From: Octopus bimaculoides
Lineage: Eukaryota
DNA length: 64,000 nt
Reading direction: 5' to 3'
Assembly: GCF_001194135.2 (NCBI RefSeq)
Contig: NC_069002.1
Span: 23,000,951 to 23,064,950 of the forward strand
A model generated the notes under the pieces. That model did no database searches. It worked only from the letters and a program-made list of their open reading frames with translations, and was not told the DNA's origin. Of this stretch, positions 53,196 through 64,000 are shown piece by piece (within the stretch, counting starts at the first letter, position 1; every line of letters starts with the position of its first letter). Position numbers and translations under genes: made by a program.

Positions 53196-53402
53196 GTGAG
53201 ACCTCCTCATCGTGGAAGGTGAGGAAGAATGGTTATTTCTGCCCCCCCCCTACAAACATCAGATGTGCCACACCTAGACATACAGATGCACTCAGATATT
53301 TTAAAGACAATAATGAGGAAGAGAAGGAAAATATGTATTTAGTCTGGGAGGCTTTGATCTGATTGGCTGGTTCCCTTTCTGACAGACTGATGGACAAAGC
53401 GG

Positions 53403-53439
<37 letters not shown>

Positions 53440-53931
53440 GGAGAGGAAGAGAAGGGGGAGATGATGGTGGGAGAGAAAATGCTTGGAAGATCTCACTCCC
53501 TCCTTTCGTTAGCATCACCATCACCATCATCATCTCCCCCAACTCCATTGCAGTGACCACCACCATCACCATCGTCACCTCCGCCACACCAAATTGCCGT
53601 TGCTGCTGCTGCTGCCGTCAGTGTCGTAGTAGAAATCCTGTTATTGATTTGATCCTCTTCGTTCCAGTTGTTGTTGTTGTGGTTGTTGAGCATATTTCAC
53701 TTTGATCTTCTACAGAATCAACTTGTTTTTTTAATGGTCTCACAATTTTTCACTACAAAATCCTGCCTGTGTTTGTTTGTGTTTGTTTGTGTTTGTTTGT
53801 GTTGAGAAGGAAATGGTAGGGAGAGCCTTGCAATCTCTCTGAGGAATGGTGGAGTGTGATGCTATCAAATATAAACCAGTAATACGACCCAACAGACCGT
53901 TTGTGTGTGTGTGTGTGTGTGTGTTTGTGTA

Positions 53932-54046
<115 letters not shown>

Positions 54047-54504
54047 NNNNNNNNNNNNNNNNNNNNNNNNNNNNNNNNNNNNNNNNNNNNNNNNNNNNNN
54101 NNNNNNNNNNNNNNNNNNNNNNNNNNNNNNNNNNNNNNNNNNNNNNNNNNNNNNNNNNNNNNNNNNNNNNNNNNNNNNNNNNNNNNNNNNNNNNNNNNNN
54201 NNNNNNNNNNNNNNNNNNNNNNNNNNNNNNNNNNNNNNNNNNNNNNNNNNNNNNNNNNNNNNNNNNNNNNNNNNNNNNNNNNNNNNNNNNNNNNNNNNNN
54301 NNNNNNNNNNNNNNNNNNNNNNNNNNNNNNNNNNNNNNNNNNNNNNNNNNNNNNNNNNNNNNNNNNNNNNNNNNNNNNNNNNNNNNNNNNNNNNNNNNNN
54401 NNNNNNNNNNNNNNNNNNNNNNNNNNNNNNNNNNNNNNNNNNNNNNNNNNNNNNNNNNNNNNNNNNATATATATATATATATATATATATATAAATGTAT
54501 GTAT

Positions 54505-54710
54505 TTGTGTGTCTGTGTTTGTTCTCCCACCATTGCTTGACAAACGATGTTGGTGCGTTTATGTTCCCGTAACTAAGCAATTCGGCAAAAAAGACTGATA
54601 GAATAAGTACTAGGCTTACAAAGAATAAGTCCCGGCATCAATTTGTTTGACTAAAGGTGGTGCTCCAGTATGGTCACAGTCAAATGGCTGTAACAAGTAA
54701 AAGAATATAT
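54505..54710 (+). mobile_element. Family-2 SINE 3' half
   Basis: gttctcccaccattgcttgacaaacgatgttggtg...gaataagtactaggcttacaaagaataagtcc...ctccagtatggtcacagtcaaatggctgtaacaagtaaaaga. Confidence 0.9.
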
Positions 54711-54959
54711 GACGAAGGGCATACAGCTGTAGAAAGCCAATTAAAGCAAGTAATAGATCGTGGCACAGTCCACGTAGCTCTATTCTTAAGAAGCTCACTA
54801 TGCAACCACTTGTGTTTAGGTTCAGTTCCACTATGCAGCACCTTAGCCAAGTGTCCTTTGCATCAGCCATGAGCCTTGAGACTAGAATTACGCAACAGAA
54901 GCTGTGTGGAAGTATATCTTGTATATATTGAGCAAAGCCACCTCCTTCACTACCACTCC

Positions 54960-55218
54960 TTCTCCCAGCTGAAGGGTGTTTGTCACGCCTGGCAACCCCA
55001 CTGCTGCTGGTGCCACATAAAACATAGCAGTGTTGGTGCTGCATAAAATGCATCCAGTAAACTCTGTAAAGTGGTTGACATAAGGAGGGGCACCCAACCA
55101 TTGACACCAGGGCAGAGCAGACAATGGGGCCTGATGCAGTTCTTTGGGTTGTCAGCTCCTGTCAAACTGTCCAGCCCATGCCAGCATGGAAGACAGACAT
55201 TAAATGATGTTGATGCTG
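54960..55218 (+). mobile_element. RTE-type 3' tail element
   Basis: ggtgccacataaaac...gtaaagtggttg...gtcaaactgtccagcccatgccagcatggaagacagacattaaatgatg. Confidence 0.8.
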
Positions 55219-56313
55219 ATACATATATATATATATGTGTATGTATGTATGTATGTATGTATGTATGTATGTATGTATGTATGTATGTATGTATGTATGT
55301 ATGTATGTCTCTCTCTCTCTCTCTCTCTCTCTCAACATATATATATATATATATATANNNNNNNNNNNNNNNNNNNNNNNNNNNNNNNNNNNNNNNNNNN
55401 NNNNNNNNNNNNNNNNNNNNNNNNNNNNNNNNNNNNNNNNNNNNNNNNNNNNNNNNNNNNNNNNNNNNNNNNNNNNNNNNNNNNNNNNNNNNNNNNNNNN
55501 NNNNNNNNNNNNNNNNNNNNNNNNNNNNNNNNNNNNNNNNNNNNNNNNNNNNNNNNNNNNNNNNNNNNNNNNNNNNNNNNNNNNNNNNNNNNNNNNNNNN
55601 NNNNNNNNNNNNNNNNNNNNNNNNNNNNNNNNNNNNNNNNNNNNNNNNNNNNNNNNNNNNNNNNNNNNNNNNNNNNNNNNNNNNNNNNNNNNNNNNNNNN
55701 NNNNNNNNNNNNNNNNNNNNNNNNNNNNNNNNNNNNNNNNNNNNNNNNNNNNNNNNNNNNNNNNNNNNNNNNNNNNNNNNNNNNNNNNNNNNNNNNNNNN
55801 NNNNNNNNNNNNNNNNNNNNNNNNNNNNNNNNNNNNNNNNNNNNNNNNNNNNNNNNNNNNNNNNNNNNNNNNNNNNNNNNNNNNNNNNNNNNNNNNNNNN
55901 NNNNNNNNNNNNNNNNNNNNNNNNNNNNNNNNNNNNNNNNNNNNNNNNNNNNNNNNNNNNNNNNNNNNNNNNNNNNNNNNNNNNNNNNNNNNNNNNNNNN
56001 NNNNNNNNNNNNNNNNNNNNNNNNNNNNNNNNNNNNNNNNNNNNNNNNNNNNNNNNNNNNNNNNNNNNNNNNNNNNNNNNNNNNNNNNNNNNNNNNNNNN
56101 NNNNNNNNNNNNNNNNNNNNNNNNNNNNNNNNNNNNNNNNNNNNNNNNNNNNNNNNNNNNNNNNNNNNNNNNNNNNNNNNNNNNNNNNNNNNNNNNNNNN
56201 NNNNNNNNNNNNNNNNNNNNNNNNNNNNNNNNNNNNNNNNNNNNNNNNNNNNNNNNNNNNNNNNNNNNNNNNNNNNNNNNNNNNNNNNNNNNNNNNNNNN
56301 NNNNNNNNNNNNN

Positions 56314-56352
<39 letters not shown>

Positions 56353-56599
56353 GAGAATTCACAAAAAGACAAAAGAGTGTGATCGTTACCATCATCGCCT
56401 TACTGGCACTTGTGCTGGTGGCAGGTGAAAAAACATTCGAGTGAGGTTGTTGCCAGTGCCGTCTTTTGATTTCCTTCCAGACTGGTTTTAATTTGGAACA
56501 AAAAAGTTTAATTGATTTCTTCAAAAGCATGTTTTCATTTCTGTCTTTAGCTACACTATCTGATGGGGTGCGTTTGGGGGAGGGGGGTCACACTGACCT

Positions 56600-57560
56600 C
56601 TCCCATCAATCTGAATAGACAAGCCCCATGGTACCACATTCCAGTTATTGCTATGCTCATTAGAGAGGGTGGCTACTCAAACCAGTATTTTCCAATTTTC
56701 TTGTATCTACACATCATCCCAATGGACATAGCTGTCCACTTTATCATAATTCCAACTTCATTCCATCTTTGTATGACTGAACAACTAAAAAAAACAAGTA
56801 GAACGAGGTGGTTGATTACTTCTTTGTCTGGTTACATTCATTTAAGACAGCCTCTTCTTTAATTGCTTTTTATTTTTGGTAGATTTCTGCAGCTTGGCAT
56901 TGATCTTGTGCAGCTTGTGAACCTTCCATTTCTGTTTTACTCCAGAATTTTCCAAGCCATTGTTGGCTTTTATATTGGTTGACTACCTCTTTGTCCAATT
57001 TTGCAGGATATACACTACACAGACTTTATCTCTTCACGTATTCTTCACTATCTTTCAACTTCTCATTTGATTTCGTTACTATTATTATTAATTTTATTTT
57101 TCATTTTTATTTTTAATCCTCTCGTTTTGTTCTTATCTAAATCTTTTTCTTTGTTATAACTTAGCTTTTAGTTTATTGTTTCTTCAAAAAAAAAAAAGAG
57201 AGAAATTTTTTTTTTTATGCTTCCTCCTGTCACCTTTTTACTTTTAATTAGTCTATTTCTGTTCGTTTCAGTTCACTTAACTTTCAATTTATTATATTAA
57301 ACTTGTGGCTTATGACACTACCAGCAAGTGTATTTATACTGAAACTCGTATTACTGGCACTGAATTCACTTTTTAATATCATTCTGATGCTTCACTCACA
57401 AATGTTTTTGCTAATTTTAATCCCTTGTTCATCACTGCTCTCTCAATGTCATCTGCACTTTTATCAATGGCTCAATCTCTAATTGTCTCATTTCAGTGTC
57501 TAAATCTTTCTTTGGATTTTCAATAGTAATTAATTTACCCTGACTTCTAATTAATTTATT
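56600..57560 (-). mobile_element. Decayed R4/Dong-clade LINE ORF (RT C-terminus to zinc-knuckle region)
   Basis: Minus-strand order: GKLITIENPKKDLDTEMRQLE; IRMILKSEFSASNTSFSINTLAGSVISHKFNIIN*KLSELKR (57250-57390); WLGKFWSKTEMEGSQAAQDQ (56900-56960); EVINHLV; NYDKVDSYVHW (~56720-56750). These correspond to R4-type motifs ILKSELN..NK..AIN.LA, E.EG...AAQDQ and RHD.V...IHW. Confidence 0.8.
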
Positions 57561-58049
57561 GTTTCACAGTTAACAGGACATCATCAAGAGCCATAAAGTC
57601 TCTGCTAGTCTCATTAATTCATTAAACCTGCATCGATTTGTCTGATTCACCTTCACCTCGCAGCACTTACATTGGGGCATTACTAAAAGCCATATCCTCA
57701 AGGTCGATTGGTATCCACATGGATAATGACTGTCTATAAACAGACATATTTGACTGTGGCTTAGAGTGTGGCTCTGTGAGCAGCACCATTATTGTTGTAG
57801 CTCAGGGCATAGACAACCATTTCCTGAGAAGCAAGCAAAATGAGACATGGCTCATGATTAAGTGGGTGGCACCACTAAAAATATTCAAGGTAATCTTTTT
57901 GCTGGGCAGGCCATTCAGAAACCCCCACAGGCAGCTGGTTGCCCTGTTGTAGATGTACAGTTGATGTTTTAGACTTGCTGCTTCAGCCCTGGCCTCATCT
58001 TTTCTGATGTTGCACTCTGTAATATTGTTAATATTGGACACAACCAAGA

Positions 58050-58256
58050 TGGAGGGCTGGCAGAACTGACAAAATGCTGGACAAAATGCTTAGCACCATC
58101 TTTACGTTCTGAGTTCAAAATTCTGGTGTGGTCGACTTTGCCTTTCATACTTTTGTGGTTGATAAAATAAGTACCAGTTCAGTACTGGGGGTCAATGAAT
58201 TTGACTACCACCCTTCCCTAAGATTTCTTGTACTTTTAGTAGAAAGGATTATTATT
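58050..58256 (+). mobile_element. Family-1 SINE copy with (ATT) tail
   Basis: gctggcagaac...aatgcttagc...ttacgttctgagttcaaaattc...gtcgactttgcctttcat...gtagaaaggattattatt. Confidence 0.85.
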
Positions 58257-58332
58257 CTCATTAAAGAGGTGAGCTTGCAGAACTGTTAGCAGACCAGGCA
58301 AAAAGTTTTGTGGAATTTTGTCTATTTTTACA

Positions 58333-58333
<1 letters not shown>

Positions 58334-58367
<34 letters not shown>

Positions 58368-58690
58368 TTAACGTCTGCTTTCCATGCTGGCATGGGTTTG
58401 GCAGTTTGACTGAGAATTGGCAAGCCACAAGGCTGCACCAGGCTCTGATTTGGCAAAGTTTCTACAGCTGGATGCCCTTTCTAATGCCAACCACTCTGAG
58501 AGTGTAGTGGGTGCTTTTACGTGCCACCAGCACCAGAGCCAGTACTGGAAAAGATCATGTTCAAATGGTGTTTTTTATGTGCTACCTGCATTGGAGCCAG
58601 TTTGGCGGTACTGGCAACGACCATGCTCGAATGTTGTTGTTCACGTACCACCGGCACATGTGCTGGTAAGGCAACGCTGGCAACGATAAA
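58334..58690 (-). mobile_element. RTE-type 3' tail with three internal repeat units and (CAT)n on plus strand
   Basis: catcatttaacgtctgctttccatgctggcatggg...gtgcttttacgtgccaccagcac..., with units like those at 36470-36690. Confidence 0.85.
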
Positions 58691-59413
58691 TTCTGTTGAT
58701 GTCAACTTTGCTTTTCATCCTTTTGGGAGTGATAAAATACGTACCAGTTATGCACTGGGATTGATGTAACTAACTTACCCCCACCCCTGAAATTGCTGGC
58801 CCTGTGCTAATATTTGCAACCAGTACTGAATGCAGTTGGTTTCACATCATGACTGGAGCTGTTGAGGTTAGTTTACAGAGATGGCCAAAGACCTGGTGAT
58901 ATTGCAACCTTCTTGTTCTAATGTGGCCAGTTTTTCAGTTGAGTTGTGATCTTCAGTGATACTCTCACCTGTTACAACCAGGTAAAATTCATTTCAAAAC
59001 CATATTTGATCATTTGACAGGTAGAGGTTTGCAGACATGAAATACCAAATGTTTTCCAACAGAATTATTTTTGACCCTATGACTATAGAAATATCCAGCA
59101 GCCCCTCAACCATATTCCTTACTCAGTTTGATCAGGAGAGAGATTGCTATCTACAATAACAAGCCTCATGGGGTGGATTACTTCTTTCAATGCATCTTCT
59201 TCACCATTCCTTCGTGGAAACATTCCTCATTTGGTCTACCAGGACTAAGAACATTTCCATGACACTCTGTCATGAACGAAATATTTTTAAATAAACATTT
59301 TTTTTTTAATATTAAAACATATTTACCTGAATTAAGAGTGGCATGGTGGCACAGTGACACATTGGTCTCACTTCATGTATATTTTGGCATCAACATTGAA
59401 TCCCTATGCGGAA

Positions 59414-59595
59414 TTTAATCATTTAGCATTCAGAATATTCTGTCAAATGTAATGCTTATTTTTCACATTGTTTTTGATAATCATGGATTATCTCATTGCT
59501 TTGGGATTTTGATGATGTGATTGTTTATTTTTAGATTGACATTGTAGGGTAGGTGTGAGAGGCCAGATCTGGTCAGTTTGAACATAAAATATTTA
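59414..59595. mobile_element. Second (inverted, truncated) copy of the piggyBac-type MITE
   Basis: ttaatcatttagcattcagaatattctgtcaaatgtaatg...gacattgtagggtaggtgtgagaggccagatctgg...tttgaac matches the reverse complement of 34459-34684. Confidence 0.75.
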
Positions 59596-60084
59596 AACCA
59601 CATATGGTCAGAATAAATGCTGAAAGATTAACAGGTTCTTATAGCAGGTGTTGTCCCTTAAAGGACAACAAATTGACAAAGTCATTAGAGTGTTGGGTTG
59701 GGTAAAATGCTTCATGGGTTTTGTTCTGACTCCCTGTATTCTGAGATCAAACCCTGGCGAGGTTAAATTTGTCTTTTATTTTTCTGGGGTTGATAAAAAG
59801 GTGCCAATCCAGGCCAATGGATGAGCAGAAATGGTAGAATGTCAGAGAAATATGGCTTGTAGTACTTGTTATGGAACTTTGCATTCTGATGTCCCTATAC
59901 TGTAATCCCCACTGACTTGGTTGTCTCAGAAAACTGGTTGGGTCCAAAGTACAACTAGCAATAACATTGAGGGCTGCTGGCACTGAGGTGCTATGGCTAT
60001 AGGCGGCATCCAAAAGCATCTTCAGAAGATTCACAGAAGCATTGATGCCAATCACAGAACCTTTTTGCTTGTTTTGCCTTTTTA

Positions 60085-60289
60085 CTTGTTTTGCCTTTTT
60101 ACTTGCTACGGTCATTGGACTGTGGCCATGCTGGGGCATTGACTTGAAGAGTTCAGTCAAATAAATTGACCCCAGTACTTAATATTTTATAAAGTCTGGT
60201 CCTTATTCTATCAGTCTCTTTGCTGAACTGCTAAGTTATGGGGATGTAAACAAACCAACACTGGTTGCCAAGCAGTGAAGGGGGACAAA

Positions 60290-60329
<40 letters not shown>

Positions 60330-60605
60330 TATATACNNNNNNNNNNNNNNNNNNNNNNNNNNNNNNNNNNNNNNNNNNNNNNNNNNNNNNNNNNNNNNNN
60401 NNNNNNNNNNNNNNNNNNNNNNNNNNNNNNNNNNNNNTATATATACGATGCGCTTCTTTCAGTTTCCATCTACCAAACCCACTCCCGAGACCCTGATTGG
60501 CCTGAGGCAATAATAGAAGACACTTGCCCAAGGTGCCATGCAGTGGGACTGAACCTGGGACCATGTGGTTGGGAAGCAAACTTCTCACCACCCAACCACA
60601 CTGGC
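60085..60605 (-). mobile_element. Full-length family-2 SINE with internal (CA)n/(TA)n and gap
   Basis: Tail at 60085-60290, microsatellite plus N gap at about 60293-60445, head at 60450-60605. Confidence 0.9.
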
Positions 60606-60852
60606 TCTTATGTTTAAGCCCCTTAATGAACCACCGATTCACAGACTGTTGTTATCCTACTGGGTACTAGTCATACATGTGGGTATGGTATTCAGATTTA
60701 CACCACTGTGAGGGGGGGGGGGAAGGCGCTCTAAGTATAAAACTGAAACCTGCTATTTGACGGCGGTGGTCATTGTTGTTGTTATGGTAGTAGTAATAGT
60801 AGCAGTAGCAGTGGTGGTGCTAGTAGTAGTGGTGGTGGTGACAGTAGTAGTG

Positions 60853-60893
<41 letters not shown>

Positions 60894-61099
60894 GGTGGTA
60901 GTAGTAGTAGTGGTGGTGGTGGTGGTAGTATCAGCAGCAGTGGTGGTAGTAGGAGTATCAATAACAACAGCAGCTCCTCTTATTACCAAAATCTCTTTTT
61001 TTCACCTTTTTTTTTTAATATCCCCTTCCAACCTCCCAGAGAACCAATATCCTTTCTTCTTTCTTCCAACAATGGTTCTGTTCCTTTCTTCTTTTTTTC

Positions 61100-61560
61100 C
61101 AGATGAGCAAACAGGGTTTATAAACTTTCGGTAAACATGTTGTTACATAAGTTCTTTATGAGGAAGTCTGTGGCCTTTTTTGCTTTTAGGAAGGGCTATC
61201 ATATTACCATCTTTATTCAACTTCAGATATTGATTATTTTTCATCTCGTTAGTGGCTGATTACAGTTCATTAAATCTTAGTGCCATGACTTCATATATAT
61301 TAGTTAAGTACTGCAACTATAACTTGGAGTCTTTATTAATTTCCAGGAGCCTTCCAGATTCTAACAGTTTTAATTATTTTGGTAAATTTCCTGCCAGTTA
61401 AGTTTGGGCTGTATTTATGGCATTGCTGTGTTTTATTATTTTTTTTATGTTGTTGTTTCTTCACTTCAAATTCATTGTGTTATCTTTATTGTCTTCGATA
61501 TTTTGGTTCCATATAATCTGCCATCATAATTGGATTTCTATTGTTGTTGCTGTACATTCC
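61100..61560 (-). mobile_element. Decayed R4/Dong-clade LINE, N-terminal part of RT
   Basis: Minus strand IWNQN...; WKAPGN (~61340-61357); GNMIALPKSKK; TCLPKVYK (~61117-61140), matching WK.PG.D and G.T.L.PK...NYRPITCL...YK. Confidence 0.7.
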
Positions 61561-62077
61561 ATTCTGCTATTCTTTTAATTTAGATTCTTGCAACGGAATC
61601 TTTCAGTGTTTATTTCAAATACATATTTCTCATGGAAAAACCACTTAAATAATGTTTTATAATGCATTGAAGCTTCTGTCAGGATCAATGGCCTTTTGCT
61701 GCTGCTGCTGTTGCTACTACTACTACTACTACTACTATGCTGCCACCACCACCACTACCACTACCGCTGCCGCCACCACTAAAACAACAACTGGGTACAT
61801 TCTGCTGCACTTTCTTCTATTGACTGCTGGATGATGTTTTTGTGGTCACTTGTCCTTCATGCTGTTGCAGCCACAACCTTCCCCAACAGGTTCCTTGTTG
61901 AGACAGGGAAACTACTAGAAATAGCTGCTAAATCTCAACTCAAGTGCCCTTCTAGATTCATTATGTCTGAAGAACTGATGGAATAGTCATGACTGGAGAT
62001 ATACTCAGCTGTAAATGAGTAACACTGCAATGGACTGGCATCCAGTTCAGGGTAAAAGGTATCATTTCAGGCACTTA

Positions 62078-62295
62078 TGACGGGGTACTGAAAAGTCCCT
62101 GTCTTTAAGGGTATCGCAAAAGGCCTGAATGGAGGCCCAACCTTCTGAGTTCTTTTGCAGGGATTAGAAAGACTGCAGGATTGCTGCAATAAATGTGTGA
62201 ATCTGAGTGAGGAATTTGTTGAATAAAAGCATAATTTACTGATTCTCCTCTGATTTCTTTTACCTAAAGCCAGGAAGTTTTCAGCATCTACTTCA
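62078..62295 (+). mobile_element. Internally deleted mariner element (MITE) with TA TSD
   Basis: TA|tgacggggtactgaaaagtccctg ... ccaggaagttttcagcatctacttca|TA. Internal QGLERLQDCCNKCVNLSEEFVE* resembles the mariner transposase C-terminus GI.KL..RW.KC....G.YVE*. Confidence 0.85.
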
Positions 62296-62379
62296 TATAT
62301 GCCATGGAAGCCAGCTAGCTGAACTTATGGGTCTTATGAGTTGCATAATGTCCAGGAATTGAGGATGACATGATATATG

Positions 62380-62660
62380 ATAGTTATGTAATATAGACAG
62401 ATTGTATAGCAGTTATGTAATGTATGCAGATCATATAGCAGTTATGTAATGTAGGCAGATCATATAGGAGTTATGTAATGTAATGTAGGCAGATTGTATA
62501 ACAGTTATGTAATGTAGGCAATTCATATAGGAGTTATGTAATGTAGGCAGATTGTATGATGGTTTTGTTAATATAGGCACATTGTTTAGAAGTTGTGCTA
62601 TATAGGCAAACTGTATAAGTGTTATGTAATATAGGCAACTGTATAGAAGTTATGTAGAAC
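62380..62660. repeat. ~30-bp minisatellite (gttatgtaatgtaggcagattgtatagca), ~9 degenerate units
   Basis: Direct repeats of gttatgtaat(g/a)taggca. Confidence 0.85.
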
Positions 62661-62689
62661 AGGTATACTGGTGTCGAAGGTGTGTAATG

Positions 62690-62935
62690 TCGAAAGAGTG
62701 TATGAAACTTGTGTAAATAGTGTACTGTTGCACAATAAGTGAGAGTTTTGGATTTATTGTTGAAGAATGTATGAATCTCTTGGAGAGAAAAGAATGCAAT
62801 ATGATCCAAAGGATGTGCAACAGCAAAAGAAAACATCTGGACATTAAAATCTTCATCTGTAGAAAGAAAGAGAGGGCTGTGTTTGTGTGTGAATATCTGA
62901 TATGAATGGACAAGTGATAAAAAGGTTGAATGCTG
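62690..62935 (+). mobile_element. Decayed RTE LINE fragment (post-RT region)
   Basis: YETCVNSVLLH then, after a frameshift, VEECMNLLERKECNMIQRMCN, resembling YDACVRS.MLHGSETW...RLERNE..M.RWMC. Confidence 0.6.
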
Positions 62936-63258
62936 ATAGTTGTAGAAATCTAGGCAGTCATAAGAAAAGATAAAGGAAAATATAAGAATCAAAGTTAAGA
63001 TCAGAGGTTGTTGAGTTTCCGAACATGATGATGAGATCAAAATAAATGGTAATCTTCCTTCTTCGCCCACTGCAAACCTCTTCAACTGATGCTGCCATAG
63101 AAAATAGATGTTGGACTGATTATTATTCTGACTATTGTCAATATTATTGAATGAAAGAAATGGCAGTGAGCCATAGAGAATGTCAGAGTTGTTTATAGTC
63201 TTTAACTTTCTGTGTTCAGTTCCTACAGAAGTTCACTTTCGCTGTTCTAGGGTTTGTA

Positions 63259-63549
63259 AATAATAATAATAATAATTATTATTATCATTAATAATAAGAA
63301 TGATAATTGTAATAATTGTCACAAATTTATTTTGCCACAAGGGCAGCTTGGGGGAGGTGGAGTTAAGTTGATCACATCAACCCCAGTGTTCAACTGGTAC
63401 TTATTTTATTGACCCCGAAAGGATGAAAGATAAAATCACCCTTGATGGAATTTGAACTCAGATTGTACAGATGGACAAAATACTGCTAAACATTTTGTCT
63501 GGCATGCTAACAGTTCCGCCAGCTCACTGCCTTAATAATAATAATAATG

Positions 63550-63581
<32 letters not shown>
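63259..63581 (-). mobile_element. Family-1 SINE embedded in (AAT)n on both sides
   Basis: Body about 63321-63532; aat repeats at 63259-63315 and 63533-63581. Confidence 0.85.
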
Positions 63582-63583
<2 letters not shown>

Positions 63584-63632
63584 AAAATGAAAATGAAAAT
63601 GAAAATGAAAATGAAATGAAAATGAAAATGAA
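63582..63632. repeat. (GAAAAT)n hexanucleotide microsatellite
   Basis: gaaaatgaaaatgaaaat... Confidence 0.9.
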
Positions 63633-64000
63633 ATTTCACTGCAATACAAAGCACAGGACCTCCTATGCACGATGTCTCAATGAAACACGTGCGATCACAC
63701 ACGCAAAACCAACACCGGAAAGTTTACAAACTATATAAAAAAAAAAGAAATGGAACAAAATAGTAAGTACATATATTGAATAATTACGCATACACTTGAA
63801 CGTGTACACAATGATATATACGTTTTGATACCCATAGAACTACACATGCATCATAATGTTTACAGAACTACGTAAAAATCACAGGACACACTTACGGATA
63901 CGAAAACACATATCACAAACGAAGCAAAACCAAAACTTTTTTTCTTTCTTCTTTGTTTATTTTCATTTTGTGAACAAATACAGACAGTGAACCATTCATA

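Noticed and set aside
58820-59260. Possible RTE endonuclease remnant (GESITEDH)
   Set aside because: A single weak motif; the other frames are uninformative.
61103-61130. Apparent 28-nt exon (ttttccag|...|gtaaac)
   Set aside because: It lies within the antisense of the R4-type RT relic (TCLPKVYK), so the splice-like signals are probably coincidental.
63640-63770. E-box, TATA-like and GTAAGT motifs near the window end
   Set aside because: The spacing is not coherent for a promoter plus first exon, and such motifs are common in AT-rich DNA.

Overview
Eukaryotic, AT-rich and extremely microsatellite-rich DNA with 19 N-gaps (about 7.5 kb). The SINE and LINE families and the (TA)n/(CA)n/(AAT)n/(GAT)n density suggest a cephalopod, probably Octopus (inference from recalled families, not verified). 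I recognise no host protein-coding exon, tRNA, rRNA or CRISPR array; nearly all ORFs in the track are microsatellite or N-gap artefacts. The window looks intronic or intergenic and is built from nested mobile elements. These include R4/Dong-type (restriction-like endonuclease) LINE relics, RTE LINE 3' ends, a Tigger/pogo transposase relic, a probable Penelope relic, several tRNA-type SINE families, and hAT, Tc1/mariner and piggyBac-type MITEs with visible TIRs and TSDs, plus several minisatellites. Most interesting: (1) a same-strand stack at 8.76-10.1 kb of two different R4/Dong-like 3' ends plus a ~560-bp non-coding element, each followed by (TAA)n, suggesting microsatellite-targeted retrotransposition with a non-autonomous partner; (2) a ~170-bp element in (TA)n carrying a degenerate minimal hammerhead-ribozyme fold; (3) a head-to-tail array of four SINEs joined by (AAT)n.
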